A stretch of 62,526 nucleotides of DNA, counting the filler. It is 7 parts of 7 records of this genome, joined end to end, with 100 filler letters (N's around TTAATTAATTAA, not from the genome) between each part and the next. Parts side by side here need not be neighbours in the genome. Positions count along the whole stretch, not along the records: positions 39,293 to 52,183 come from SRR20825010_2844; positions 52,284 to 56,236 come from SRR20825010_2846; positions 56,337 to 62,526 come from SRR20825010_2849; 4 more parts are not named here. The stretch is one strand, 5' to 3'. A program made the translations under genes and the position numbers. Under the pieces are notes generated by a model that worked only from the letters and a program-made list of their open reading frames with translations, had not been told where the DNA came from and ran no database searches. Shown piece by piece: positions 49,799-60,013 of the stretch. Position 1 is the first letter of the stretch; each line of letters starts with the position of its first letter.

Positions 49799-51856
49799 TT
49801 AGTTGAGGACTATTTCATCTACGAACAACCAACTTTTACCTCCTGGATTGGTATGCCAAGAAGGGTTCTTAAGTTGACTAATGACCTCCACTTTTACGAA
49901 AGTGGATTTGGTTGGGGGAATGTTAAGGTCGAAAAACTGGAACTTGGTATCGGAGTTGGGTTTTTCTGTCGGAACTTTTTCCGTATGGACGAGCTTGTAA
50001 TTATTGCCATCCTGTGACACCCACACTTTGAAACCCGTCGGGTAAAAAATCCATTTCTCAGGTGATGAAAACGCCCCTACAGACACGGTGGATATCAATT
50101 CTTCTTTCTGGAGTTTTAGAGTGGCTGCAAAACTACTGCCTTCATAACCTATCCAATTTCCGTCTACAAAATTGCTGGTCCCTCTTTTTAGATCTATTAA
50201 AGTGTTTCCACCATTACCCTTGTACTTTTCGTTGGGCTTATTGTTTAGTGTAATGGAATTGGGCAGAATATTCGATTTTTTAAAACTGATGGTCTTAACG
50301 GGACTTAATTCCCAACCCGGTTTATGGCTAACAGCTTTGAGCTGGGTAGAGGCAGTCAATACAATGGGTTCTTTGTATCTTGTTGAAGTGGTGTCCGGTT
50401 CTGAACCGTCCAAGGTGTAGTAGAGTTCCACTCCCTTAAAAAAATAATCCAAGGTAACTTCAATGGAATCCTTGAAGAAATCCGTAGCTGCAATGATAGA
50501 TGGTGCTTCCAAACTGGAAGGGGTAAATAGATCTTCGCTGATACTTACCACAGTTACACCATTATTCTTGTCGCTAAATTGATCTAGGGCTTCTTTGGTG
50601 ATTTTGGAATTCCATGGATATAGAGTTTTTAAGCCACTAAGGTTGGTTAACTTTTCCAGACCCTTATCCGTAATGTCCGTACCATAAATGTTTAGGGATT
50701 CCAAGTGCGTTAAATCCCCTATAGACTCCATGGATTTATCGGTGATCTTAGTATTTTGTAGCTGAAGTTTAGTGAGATTCTTGAAGGAAGTTAGATACGA
50801 AGAAATGGTGTCATTAAAATTGGAATTGCCCAGATTGAGTTCAACAATGTTTGCTGCATGTTTTTTTAATGCTTTTAGATCATCTTTTTCCAAACTTTTA
50901 TTGCCGGACAGGTTTACTATCAAAAGTGGATTTTTTTCTGCCAATTTTGTGACAATAGGTCCGTTGATGTTTATAGAGGCCAACCAGTCTTCGGGAACCA
51001 TGGCCACTTGTTTTGCAATAATCGCCCTAGTGGAGGTGTCCTCTTCCAATGAGTTTAAAATATCATTGATCTTTTCCGTTTTATCCAAAGTCCCGGCCAC
51101 ACAATCAAAACAGTTTTCATGACTTATCCACCATTCCAATAATTGAATTTCGGGACTTGTCAATTGAACTTTACCCTTTGGTGGCATATGGTCCTCGTCC
51201 TCCATGGGTAATTTAATATGGTGTATCAATCTGGGAGTTTGGTCCTTTTCGGCAATCAATAAGCTGCCAGAGTCTCCCCCTACAAGCAGTTGTTCCTTGT
51301 TGGTCATAATTAAGCCTCCCTTAACCTTATTAGGATTGTGGCAACTTACACACTTATCATCCAGAATTGGCATAATAATATCATTAAATACCAAAGCTTT
51401 GTCCACGTCCGTTATAACCACCTTTTTGGTCTTCTCATTTTTGTACAGATAGTCCTCTCCATGGGTCATGCTCCCGCCATAATGCCCTGTTAGTCCTAAG
51501 AGGCCCATAACACAAATAAAAAGGGGTAGGTAAATGTTTTTGGACCATGGCTTGGGATACTTTTTAATAAAATATAGAAGGGTGCTTCCTACGGCCAATC
51601 CAACGGCCATCCAACGGTGCCTAAACAGCAAGGTCTCATCATAACCCCCATCTTCACCCAATAACCAACCGCTGGCCACAGATAACACTGTAGTTACCGC
51701 AGCAATGGCAAGGGTAAATTTGATAATATTGTTTTCCGTTTCGGAATCTTTCTTTCTAAAATATAGTTCCAATAGAAAGGCCAATACAAGAATACCGATG
51801 GGCAGGTGTACCAATAGGGGGTGTAGGCGACCAAGACTTATAATCTGTAGTGTCAT
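49799..51856 (-). CDS. Membrane protein with DUF2231-like TM region, planctomycete-type cytochrome c, leucine-rich repeats and FN3/chitobiase-like C-terminal domains
   Basis: GRLHPLLVHLPIG, GHYGGSMTHG, CVSCH heme motif, HMPP, LRR units (LTKLQLQNTKITD) and YYTLDGSEP. Confidence 0.8.
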   Translation of the reverse strand: MTLQIISLGRLHPLLVHLPIGILVLAFLLELYFRKKDSETENNIIKFTLAIAAVTTVLSVASGWLLGEDGGYDETLLFRHRWMAVGLAVGSTLLYFIKKYPKPWSKNIYLPLFICVMGLLGLTGHYGGSMTHGEDYLYKNEKTKKVVITDVDKALVFNDIIMPILDDKCVSCHNPNKVKGGLIMTNKEQLLVGGDSGSLLIAEKDQTPRLIHHIKLPMEDEDHMPPKGKVQLTSPEIQLLEWWISHENCFDCVAGTLDKTEKINDILNSLEEDTSTRAIIAKQVAMVPEDWLASININGPIVTKLAEKNPLLIVNLSGNKSLEKDDLKALKKHAANIVELNLGNSNFNDTISSYLTSFKNLTKLQLQNTKITDKSMESIGDLTHLESLNIYGTDITDKGLEKLTNLSGLKTLYPWNSKITKEALDQFSDKNNGVTVVSISEDLFTPSSLEAPSIIAATDFFKDSIEVTLDYFFKGVELYYTLDGSEPDTTSTRYKEPIVLTASTQLKAVSHKPGWELSPVKTISFKKSNILPNSITLNNKPNEKYKGNGGNTLIDLKRGTSNFVDGNWIGYEGSSFAATLKLQKEELISTVSVGAFSSPEKWIFYPTGFKVWVSQDGNNYKLVHTEKVPTEKPNSDTKFQFFDLNIPPTKSTFVKVEVISQLKNPSWHTNPGGKSWLFVDEIVLN

Positions 51857-51872
51857 TTTTTGGTGTATAGGT

Positions 51873-52183
51873 TTAGGTTAGGATATCTTTTACAATATGG
51901 CCTTCCACATCTGTTAATCTAAACCTTCTACCCTGATATTTATAGGTTAATTTTTCATGGTCTATTCCCAATAAATGTAACATTGTAGCTTGGAAATCGT
52001 GCACATGTACCGGATCCTTTACAATGTTGTAACCAAAATCATCCGTTTCGCCATAGACGATACCAGGTTTAATACCTCCTCCGGCCATCCAAATGGTAAA
52101 AGATCTTGGATGATGGTCCCTTCCATAATTGGTATCTGTTAAAAGACCTTGGGAATAATTGGTTCTTCCAAATTCTCCTCCCC
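51873..52183 (-). CDS. DUF1501 family protein (5' truncated)
   Basis: [43 protein letters not shown]. Confidence 0.85.
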
Positions 52184-52283
52184 NNNNNNNNNNNNNNNNN
52201 NNNNNNNNNNNNNNNNNNNNNNNNNNNTTAATTAATTAANNNNNNNNNNNNNNNNNNNNNNNNNNNNNNNNNNNNNNNNNNNN
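52184..52283. other. Artificial contig spacer
   Basis: N run with central TTAATTAATTAA. Confidence 0.98.
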
Positions 52284-52387
52284 TTATTTTACATTTTCAA
52301 ATTTCCAAATTGATTCATTTACAACTTTGTCCCTTTGCCTACTGAACATTAATGAAAATAATTAAAAATTAAATTATTTTTTTCAAA

Positions 52388-52403
52388 ACTAAAACGTTTT
52401 AGT
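52388..52403. promoter_or_regulatory. LacI-family-type operator
   Basis: Perfect 16-bp palindrome ACTAAAACGTTTTAGT with central CG. Confidence 0.7.
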
Positions 52404-52578
52404 ATATTGCGTTTGTAAAATTTATGTTAACTGTAAAATAAAAACCAACTAATCTACTAGAAAACTACCTCTCATACAAGCAGCCTATATGTCAATACAA
52501 TTAAGTGAGGTAATACTTATAAAGGTTGTAAGAAGACTTAAAGAGAGGGAAGGTCTAGATTAATAAAGGATATTTAGT

Positions 52579-54000
52579 ATGCAAAGAAGAAAATTTATAC
52601 AAAACACCGCCATGGCAGGGAGTTTAGCTTTTCTAAACCCAATAGATTTAACAGCTGCACCAATAAAACAATTTCCAACAGTTAGAGTAGCAGAGAATCA
52701 GCGAAACTTTACGAGTAAGAGTATTGAAAAAGCAATAAAAGAGTTTTCGAAAAACGTAAAAGATGAAGAATTAACATGGTTATTTAACAACTGTTTTCCT
52801 AATACTTTAGATACTACAGTTACTTTTTCTAATGAAAATGGTAAGCCAGATACGTATGTTATTACTGGAGATATAGACGCTATGTGGCTTAGAGATAGTT
52901 CTGCTCAAGTATGGCCTTATATGGCTTTTATAGATGAAGATGCACATTTAAAAGATTTAATAGCTGGGGTAATTAACAGACAAACCAGCTATATTATAAA
53001 GGATCCCTATGCGAATGCTTTTTACGATGATCCAAATAAAAGAGGAGAATGGGCGAGTGATTATACCGATATGAAACCTGGGGTTCATGAGCGTAAATAT
53101 GAAATTGATTCTTTGTGTTATCCAATTAGATTAGCTTATAATTATTGGAAAAAAACAGGCGAAAAAACGCTTTTTGGAGCAGAATGGAAAAAAGCAATTC
53201 AAGCAACCTTGAAAACATTTAAGGAGCAGCAGCAAAAAGAAAACCCTGGACCTTATTCTTTTATGCGAGAAACTCCACATGCTACAGATACGAGAGCATT
53301 AAGAGGTTATGGCTACCCTGTTAAACCAATAGGTTTAATTTGTTCTGCTTTTAGACCAAGTGACGATGCTACCGTATTTTCCTTTTTAATTCCTTCAAAC
53401 TTTTTTGCTGTAGTTAGTTTAAAGCAAGCAGCAGAAATGGTTTCAGAAATTCATGGGGATGTAGATTTAGCAAATCAATTAATAGCTTTAAGTAAAGAGG
53501 TCGAAATGGCTTTGCAGAAATATGCTATTGTTAACCATCCAAAACATGGAGATATTTATGCATTTGAAATTGATGGTTATGGGAATCATTTACTTATGGA
53601 CGATGCAAATGTACCTAGTTTACTGGCGCTACCGTATTTGGATGCCATAGATGTAAATGATAAAACCTATCAGAATACAAGACGTTTTGTATGGTCTTTA
53701 GATAATCCATTTTTCTTTAAGGGGAAAGCAGCCGAAGGAATTGGTGGTCCTCATGTAGGAATGGATATGGTATGGCCAATGTCGATTATAATGAAAGGAT
53801 TAACTAGTAGCGATTCAGAAGAAATTAGAGAGTCTATTCAGACCTTAAAGAATACACACGGAGATACAGGTTTTATGCATGAGTCGTTCCACAAGGATAA
53901 TCCAAAAGACTTTTCTAGATCTTGGTTTGCATGGGCAAATACTTTATTTGGAGAGTTACTATGGGAAACCTACAAAACCAACCCTGAATTATTAAAATAA
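52579..54000 (+). CDS. Glycoside hydrolase family 125 (exo-alpha-1,6-mannosidase-like), Tat signal
   Basis: MQRRKFI, ITGDIDAMWLRDS, ERKYEIDS, RPSDD, MDDANVPSLL and RSWFAWAN. Confidence 0.92.
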   Translation: MQRRKFIQNTAMAGSLAFLNPIDLTAAPIKQFPTVRVAENQRNFTSKSIEKAIKEFSKNVKDEELTWLFNNCFPNTLDTTVTFSNENGKPDTYVITGDIDAMWLRDSSAQVWPYMAFIDEDAHLKDLIAGVINRQTSYIIKDPYANAFYDDPNKRGEWASDYTDMKPGVHERKYEIDSLCYPIRLAYNYWKKTGEKTLFGAEWKKAIQATLKTFKEQQQKENPGPYSFMRETPHATDTRALRGYGYPVKPIGLICSAFRPSDDATVFSFLIPSNFFAVVSLKQAAEMVSEIHGDVDLANQLIALSKEVEMALQKYAIVNHPKHGDIYAFEIDGYGNHLLMDDANVPSLLALPYLDAIDVNDKTYQNTRRFVWSLDNPFFFKGKAAEGIGGPHVGMDMVWPMSIIMKGLTSSDSEEIRESIQTLKNTHGDTGFMHESFHKDNPKDFSRSWFAWANTLFGELLWETYKTNPELLK

Positions 54001-54007
54001 ACCTACT

Positions 54008-56197
54008 ATGAAAATTATAAAAGTGAAAAACCTATGGAGAAGTATACTCCTAGTTTCTCTCTTTTTTGCGTCTTGTAATAAACAAGCTGCGGAAGATAAT
54101 AAAGGAGATCAAGAGCAAGTAAATTATACTTCCTATGTAAATCCTTTTATAGGAACAGCCCCTTTAACAGACCCTAAAGCTATTGGATATACACCTCCAA
54201 AAGATTGGCGGGTATGGGCAGGATTAACGTATCCTGGCTCGTCTTTACCCAATGCTATGGTGCAATTAAGTCCTATTACCAAATACGGTTCTGGAGCAGG
54301 GTATGAGTATGAAGACACAGAAATTATAGGGTTTACTCATACCAATAAAGGTCATTGGAATCTATGTAATATTCCTATTTTACCTGTTGCAGCAAATGCT
54401 ACCTATCCTTTTAAATCTTCTTTTAGTCATAAAAAAGAAAATGCTTCTCCTGCCTATTATGAGGTTTTTCTAGAAGATTATAAAGTGGATGTAAAATTAA
54501 GTTCCACTTTACGAAGCGGAATTCATCAATATACTTTTGAGAATAATCAGGGGAGAAAGCTTCTTTTCGATTTAGGTCGTTCTAATAATCATGTAGATAA
54601 TTGGGAGATTAATTTGGTAGGTAAAAATGGAGTGAGTGGCTTTCAACAAATGGGAAGAGAAAAAATCTATTTTTATGCAGAAGTGAGTCAGCAAACATCA
54701 GGAATAGAAAAAAAGAATGAAGGAGCAAGCAATGGTTATGCGTTAATAAGCGTATCTGATGATGGAAATCCTGTTGTTCTAAAAATAGGTTTATCTTTTG
54801 TAAGTATAGCTAACGCGAAGGAAAATCTGACTCAAGAGATTGGAAATAAAACATTGGAAGAAATAAAACAATCTGGAAATGTAGTTTGGGAAACCTTACT
54901 CTCTAAAATTGAAGTTTCTGGAGGGAGTAAAAAGGAAAAGGAAATGTTTTATACGTCTTTTTATAGATCTTTTTTATGGCCAGCACTTAGAAGCGATATC
55001 AATGGGGAGTTTACCGATGATGCAGGAAAAACCCAACAAAAAGACTTTCAATATTATACCATTCCTTCTTTATGGGATACCTACCGAAATAAAGTGGTTT
55101 TATTAGATTTATTTTCCCCTAAAGTAAGCAACGATATTATTTCTTCATTAATTGATAGAGGAGAAATACGAGATTTTATTCCTACTTTCTTTCATGGAGA
55201 TCATGCTGCTTCCTACATAACAGGAGCTTATAAAAGAGGTTTGAATAATTTTGATGTTGAAAAAGCATATCAATTATTATTAAACAATGCTTATAAAGAA
55301 GGAGGAACAAGACCTTTTATAACAGAATATATTGAAAAGGGATATATTTCTGACCCTAAGGTGGAAAATGCACATGTGGAGACCAAAGCAAAGGCGGGAG
55401 TTTCTAAAACTTTAGAATATGCCTACGACGATTATTCCTTAGCACAATTAGCAAAAGAAATGAACGATGAAGCGCATTATAAAGACTTATTGGCGCGTTC
55501 CAAAAATTATAAAAATGTTTTTGATACTGCAACCAACTTTATGAGAGGGCGCTTGGAAAATGGGGATTGGATTACTCCATTTGATCCGCAATATCCATAT
55601 TATGAATATATGTATAGAGAGGCAAATGCATGGCAGGTTTCTTTTTATACGCCTCATGATATGCAAGGACTTGTGGCATTGTATGGAGGCGCAGCTCCTT
55701 TTGAAGCCAAATTGGATTCTTTATTTACTACTCCTTGGAATCCAGAGCATATTGCAAGAAATGTATCTAGCTTTATGGGGCAATACTGTCAAGGAAATCA
55801 ACCAGGACATGAGGCTCCTTTCTCATATTATTTTGTAGATAAACCCTATAAATCTCAAAAAGTAATAGATGCGCTTTTAAAAGATTATTACGGAACGGGA
55901 GAACATGGATTGGCATTGCCTGGAATGGATGATGCAGGAGAAATGTCTTCATGGTATGTTTTTAGTGCAATGGGACTCTATCCTTTTTCACCATCTGATG
56001 CCGAATATTTAGTGAGCATTCCTCTTTTTGATGAAGTAAGTATAAAAACTTCAACCAATAAGCTTTTAAAAATCAAAGCAAATTCAGCAAAGAGAAAATT
56101 AAAAGCAATAAATGTTAATACCAAAAAAATAGATGGATACTTTATTCCTCATTCCCTTTTTGTAGAAGGAGGATCACTAGAATTGGAAACGGAATAG
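54008..56197 (+). CDS. Glycoside hydrolase family 92 alpha-mannosidase lipoprotein
   Basis: Lipobox FASC, VNPFIGT, SLWDTYR, TLEYAYDD, EANAWQ, QGNQPGH and DDAGEMSSW. Confidence 0.92.
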   Translation: MKIIKVKNLWRSILLVSLFFASCNKQAAEDNKGDQEQVNYTSYVNPFIGTAPLTDPKAIGYTPPKDWRVWAGLTYPGSSLPNAMVQLSPITKYGSGAGYEYEDTEIIGFTHTNKGHWNLCNIPILPVAANATYPFKSSFSHKKENASPAYYEVFLEDYKVDVKLSSTLRSGIHQYTFENNQGRKLLFDLGRSNNHVDNWEINLVGKNGVSGFQQMGREKIYFYAEVSQQTSGIEKKNEGASNGYALISVSDDGNPVVLKIGLSFVSIANAKENLTQEIGNKTLEEIKQSGNVVWETLLSKIEVSGGSKKEKEMFYTSFYRSFLWPALRSDINGEFTDDAGKTQQKDFQYYTIPSLWDTYRNKVVLLDLFSPKVSNDIISSLIDRGEIRDFIPTFFHGDHAASYITGAYKRGLNNFDVEKAYQLLLNNAYKEGGTRPFITEYIEKGYISDPKVENAHVETKAKAGVSKTLEYAYDDYSLAQLAKEMNDEAHYKDLLARSKNYKNVFDTATNFMRGRLENGDWITPFDPQYPYYEYMYREANAWQVSFYTPHDMQGLVALYGGAAPFEAKLDSLFTTPWNPEHIARNVSSFMGQYCQGNQPGHEAPFSYYFVDKPYKSQKVIDALLKDYYGTGEHGLALPGMDDAGEMSSWYVFSAMGLYPFSPSDAEYLVSIPLFDEVSIKTSTNKLLKIKANSAKRKLKAINVNTKKIDGYFIPHSLFVEGGSLELETE

Positions 56198-56212
56198 TGC
56201 GGATTACTAATC

Positions 56213-56236
56213 AACTACCTCGAGGCAAGCCTACGA
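56213..56236. repeat. Possible truncated REP-like element at the contig end
   Basis: AACTACCTCGAGGCAAGCCTACGA contains the palindromes CCTCGAGG and AGGC-AA-GCCT; GC-rich in AT-rich DNA, and the assembly breaks inside it. Confidence 0.35.
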
Positions 56237-56336
56237 NNNNNNNNNNNNNNNNNNNNNNNNNNNNNNNNNNNNNNNNNNNNTTAATTAATTAANNNNNNNN
56301 NNNNNNNNNNNNNNNNNNNNNNNNNNNNNNNNNNNN
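56237..56336. other. Artificial contig spacer
   Basis: N run with central TTAATTAATTAA. Confidence 0.98.
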
Positions 56337-56646
56337 ACGCGACGGCATGATCTGGTTCTTTGATCATTACCTGAAAGGCGCTGACCGAAATGATCCGCGC
56401 GTGGCGCCACTGAAAGCGGAATCGCTTTCGGGTCTGCCACAAGCCTATGTGGTGACAGCCGGTTTTGACCCGCTGCGTGATGAAGGCCGCGCCTATGCGG
56501 ATGCGTTGAAAGCGGCGGGCGTGAAAACCGAGCATGTCAATTATGACGGCATGGTGCATGGCTTCTTCAACCAGCAGGCGGTTTTTGATGTGGGTCGCGA
56601 GGCGGTGAAAGTGGCGGCGAAGGCGTTGAAAGACGCATTGGCATGA
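56337..56646 (+). CDS. HSL/Aes-family alpha/beta hydrolase (5' truncated)
   Basis: AGFDPLRDEG (Asp) and GMVHGF (His). Confidence 0.85.
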
Positions 56647-58232
56647 GGCCCGCTCTGCTCAATCCGGCGGTCCATCCCTTTTCGGGGATGGATGTGCCCC
56701 ATCTGCTCGCGCGTCATGCAGGCGAGCGGCCTGATCATCCGTTTCTGATCTGGGAGCCTTTCGAGGGTGAAGGGCGCGTCTGGAGCTATGCCGAATTTTA
56801 TCGCGCGACGCGGGATGTGGCGGCTGGCCTGAAAGCACGCGGCGTCAGCGCGGGCGAGCGTGTGCTGATCCATCTGGACAATTGCCCCGAGACGCTGATC
56901 GCCTGGTATGCCTGTGCGCATCTGGGGGCTGTGGCGGTGACGACCAATGCGCGCTCGGTGGGCGATGATCTGACCTATTTTTCCGAGCACGCGGAAGTGG
57001 TGGGAGCCATTACACAGCCGAAATTTGCCGAACTGGTGGCTGAAAGCTGCCGTGCGATCAAATGGCTGGCGGTGACGGAGAGCGATAACGGCTCTCCGGC
57101 ATCGGGTGCCGACCTGCCTGCGGGGGCTGAAAGCTTCGACGGGCTTTACGGGGCTGGCGAAGAAATGCCGTTGCGGCCTGCCGATCCCATGCTTGATGTG
57201 GGGGTGCAATATACGTCGGGCACGACATCGCGGCCCAAGGGTGTGGTCTGGACCCATGCCAATGCGCTATGGGGTGCAAAGCTATGCGCTGCGCATGAGG
57301 AATTGCGCGGCGATGATGTGCATCTGGTTTATCTGCCACTTTTTCATACCAATGCGCAGTCTTATTCGGTGCTGTCGACGCTCTGGGTGGGGGGCACGAT
57401 TGTGGTGCAGCCGCGCTTTTCGGCGTCGCGCTTTTGGCCCGTGTCGCTCAAGCATCGCTGTACATGGACATCCATGGTGCCTTTCTGTCTGAAGGCGCTG
57501 GCGGAACATCCTGTGCCGGAAAAACATTTTTATCGCCTATGGGGCAATGGTGTGGCGGCACTTCCGACTGACGCGCATTTCCGTGTGCAGACCATCGGCT
57601 GGTGGGGGATGACGGAAACGATCACGCATGGCATTGTGTCTGATGTGCATGTGCCCGCAGCGCCGATGTCGATCGGGCGGCCATCGCCTGCCTATGAAAT
57701 TGCGATCATGAATGATGACGGCACACCCAGCGCGGTGGGCGAGACGGGTGCGCTGCTGATCCGCGGTATTCCCGGTCTGTCGCTTTTCAAGGAATATCTG
57801 AAAAACCCGAAAGCAACCGAAGAGAGCTTCGACGAGAACGGATTTTTCATCACAGGCGATCGCGTGCAATTGCTGGAAGACGGATTCATCCGTTTTGCCG
57901 ATCGCGACAAAGACATGCTGAAAGTGGGCGGTGAGAATGTGGCCGCATCGGAGATCGAGCGCGTGATCATGACGGTGCCCGGTATTCAGGAATGTGCTGT
58001 GGTGGCCCGCAAGGACAAGATGCTGGACGAGGTGCCGGTCGCGTTTCTGCTGGTCAATGGCGGCGAGGCGGCGGCAGCGCATGACCTGAAAGATCTGGTG
58101 ATGGCGGCGTGCAAGAAGGGTTTGGCCGACTTCAAGCAGCCACGCGATATTCGCATCGTCAGTGAATTGCCACGTTCGACGCTGGAGAAGATTGCGAAGG
58201 CGGAGTTGCGGAAGATTATCGAGGCGGGTTGA
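56643..58232 (+). CDS. Acyl-CoA ligase (CaiC/FadD-like AMP-binding enzyme)
   Basis: YTSGTTSRPKG, WGMTE, ITGD and DRDKDMLKVGGENV; ATGA overlap with the upstream gene. Confidence 0.9.
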   Translation: MRPALLNPAVHPFSGMDVPHLLARHAGERPDHPFLIWEPFEGEGRVWSYAEFYRATRDVAAGLKARGVSAGERVLIHLDNCPETLIAWYACAHLGAVAVTTNARSVGDDLTYFSEHAEVVGAITQPKFAELVAESCRAIKWLAVTESDNGSPASGADLPAGAESFDGLYGAGEEMPLRPADPMLDVGVQYTSGTTSRPKGVVWTHANALWGAKLCAAHEELRGDDVHLVYLPLFHTNAQSYSVLSTLWVGGTIVVQPRFSASRFWPVSLKHRCTWTSMVPFCLKALAEHPVPEKHFYRLWGNGVAALPTDAHFRVQTIGWWGMTETITHGIVSDVHVPAAPMSIGRPSPAYEIAIMNDDGTPSAVGETGALLIRGIPGLSLFKEYLKNPKATEESFDENGFFITGDRVQLLEDGFIRFADRDKDMLKVGGENVAASEIERVIMTVPGIQECAVVARKDKMLDEVPVAFLLVNGGEAAAAHDLKDLVMAACKKGLADFKQPRDIRIVSELPRSTLEKIAKAELRKIIEAG

Positions 58233-58316
58233 GGTTTTCGGGTGGGGAGAGGCACAGCCCCCCACCCGAAACGCATTTGCGTTTCGACCTCCCCACGAGG
58301 GGGAGGTGAAAAACCT
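58232..58316. repeat. Multi-hairpin REP-like intergenic element between convergent genes
   Basis: TTTCGGGTGGGG/CCCCACCCGAAA, CGAAACGC/GCGTTTCG and ACCTCCCC/GGGGAGGT inverted repeats. Confidence 0.6.
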
Positions 58317-59988
58317 AGCCCAATAATTTATGCGGGTTGAGCACGCCTTTGGGGTCCATGTCGGCTTTGATCTTTTTCAGTATGTCGAAGCCAATTGTGC
58401 CTTTTTCTTCGGCCAGCCACGGCGTGTGATCGAGGCCAACGCCATGATGGTGGCTGATCGTTCCCTTGTTTTCGAGCAATATGTCGGAGGCGGCGCGTTT
58501 GATTGCCTGCCATTGCTCGACCTCGCGGTCGCGCTGGCGCGGGAAGACGAATGTGAAATAGAGGCTCGCACCATCGGGATAGGAGTGGCTGACATGCGAC
58601 ATGACAATGCCGCGCGCACCGACTTCGGGCACATTGTCGGCAATGGCGTTTTCGATGGTGGCGACCGTCTTGTCCCGCAGGTTCTCGATATTCGACCAGC
58701 GTGTCGATGTCTCAAGCGTGTCGATGCCGATGCCGCGATCCATCATCGGGTCGCGTGAATAGGGCGAGCCAAAGCGGCCATGATACCATTTCTGACCAGC
58801 CTTCGTGCCGAGCTTCATGGCACCCAGCGACGTGCAGATGGCCTCTGTGCGGCTTTGCGCCCATGCGACAGTGTCATTGTCGCCTTCATGGCCGATCAGC
58901 ATGAGGCAAGGCTCGCCGTCAAAGCCGCGGAACTTCAGATAGGCGCGTTGCAGGCGCGATTTCAGGCTGTCGGGCGATGATGTGGCGGAGAAGGCCTGAA
59001 AGAAATAGGTTTCCGGCCCGTCTGACAGACGCACCATGGCGACAGGAATATCGGCATGATTGATGCGGCGTGCGGCTTCAATACCTTCGGCGAAGGTTTT
59101 GAAAAGATAGCCGCGATAATCCTTGCGGGCGGGTAATTCGTGGATCTTGACGGTCGCTTCGCAAATGACGCCGAGTGTGCCTTCGGAACCTGCGACAAGC
59201 TGGTTGAGATTGGGACCGGCGGCAGAAGCCGGTGTGGCCTCAGTGGTCCAGAGGCCTTTGGGCGTGGCCAGTTTTGCAGAGACGAGCCATTTCTCAGCCT
59301 TGCCATAGCGGTTTGACTGCTGGCCTGCGCCACGCGCTGCGATCCAGCCGCCAAGGGTGGAAAACTGGAAGCTCTGGGGATAATGCGCAAGCGTGACGCC
59401 GTGTTTTTGCAATGCGGCTTCGAGTGCGGGGCCATAGATGCCTGCCTCGATGGTGGCGGTCATGGCGATTTTGTCGATCTGGATGACGCGGGTCATGAGC
59501 GTTGTGTCGAGTGTGATGACCGCGCCGCCAAGAGACTTGGCCATGGCGTTGATGCCACCAACCACGGAGGAGCCACCGCCATAGGGGATGAGGGCGATGT
59601 CTTCGTCGCTGGCAAGCTTGATGATCTGCAATACTTCGTCGGCGCTGCGAGGATAGACAATGGCATCAGGGGCCATGTCGAGCTTGCCTTCGCGCACATA
59701 AAGCAGGTCGTGATAGGACTTGCCGCGTGCATGGAAGGCGCGCTCGTAATTGTCGGTCTTGACTTGTGCGCCACCGACAATTGCGCTGAGCCTGCCGATT
59801 GTGTCGTGGCTTAAGCGGCAGGTGGCAATACGCACTTCTTCAAAAGGTTTGGCGAATGTAACGGGCAGATGCGACATGCCGAGCGCTTCGCGCATCCAGT
59901 CCCATTGGGGGGAGCCGTCCGGCAGTGCATTGGGCTGATTGGTGGGGCCCCAGCCGTTCCAGCGGAGCGATTTGCGGTCGATGGTCAT
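58315..59988 (-). CDS. Alkyl-dihydroxyacetone-phosphate synthase (AGPS)-like FAD-binding protein
   Basis: RWNGWG, PYGGGSSV, HYPQSFQFSTLGGW, GSEGTLG, VRLSD, SHSYPDGASLYF and ISHHHGVG. Confidence 0.88.
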   Translation of the reverse strand: MTIDRKSLRWNGWGPTNQPNALPDGSPQWDWMREALGMSHLPVTFAKPFEEVRIATCRLSHDTIGRLSAIVGGAQVKTDNYERAFHARGKSYHDLLYVREGKLDMAPDAIVYPRSADEVLQIIKLASDEDIALIPYGGGSSVVGGINAMAKSLGGAVITLDTTLMTRVIQIDKIAMTATIEAGIYGPALEAALQKHGVTLAHYPQSFQFSTLGGWIAARGAGQQSNRYGKAEKWLVSAKLATPKGLWTTEATPASAAGPNLNQLVAGSEGTLGVICEATVKIHELPARKDYRGYLFKTFAEGIEAARRINHADIPVAMVRLSDGPETYFFQAFSATSSPDSLKSRLQRAYLKFRGFDGEPCLMLIGHEGDNDTVAWAQSRTEAICTSLGAMKLGTKAGQKWYHGRFGSPYSRDPMMDRGIGIDTLETSTRWSNIENLRDKTVATIENAIADNVPEVGARGIVMSHVSHSYPDGASLYFTFVFPRQRDREVEQWQAIKRAASDILLENKGTISHHHGVGLDHTPWLAEEKGTIGFDILKKIKADMDPKGVLNPHKLLG

Positions 59989-60013
59989 GGGGGCTTACCT
60001 CTTCTTTTTGATT

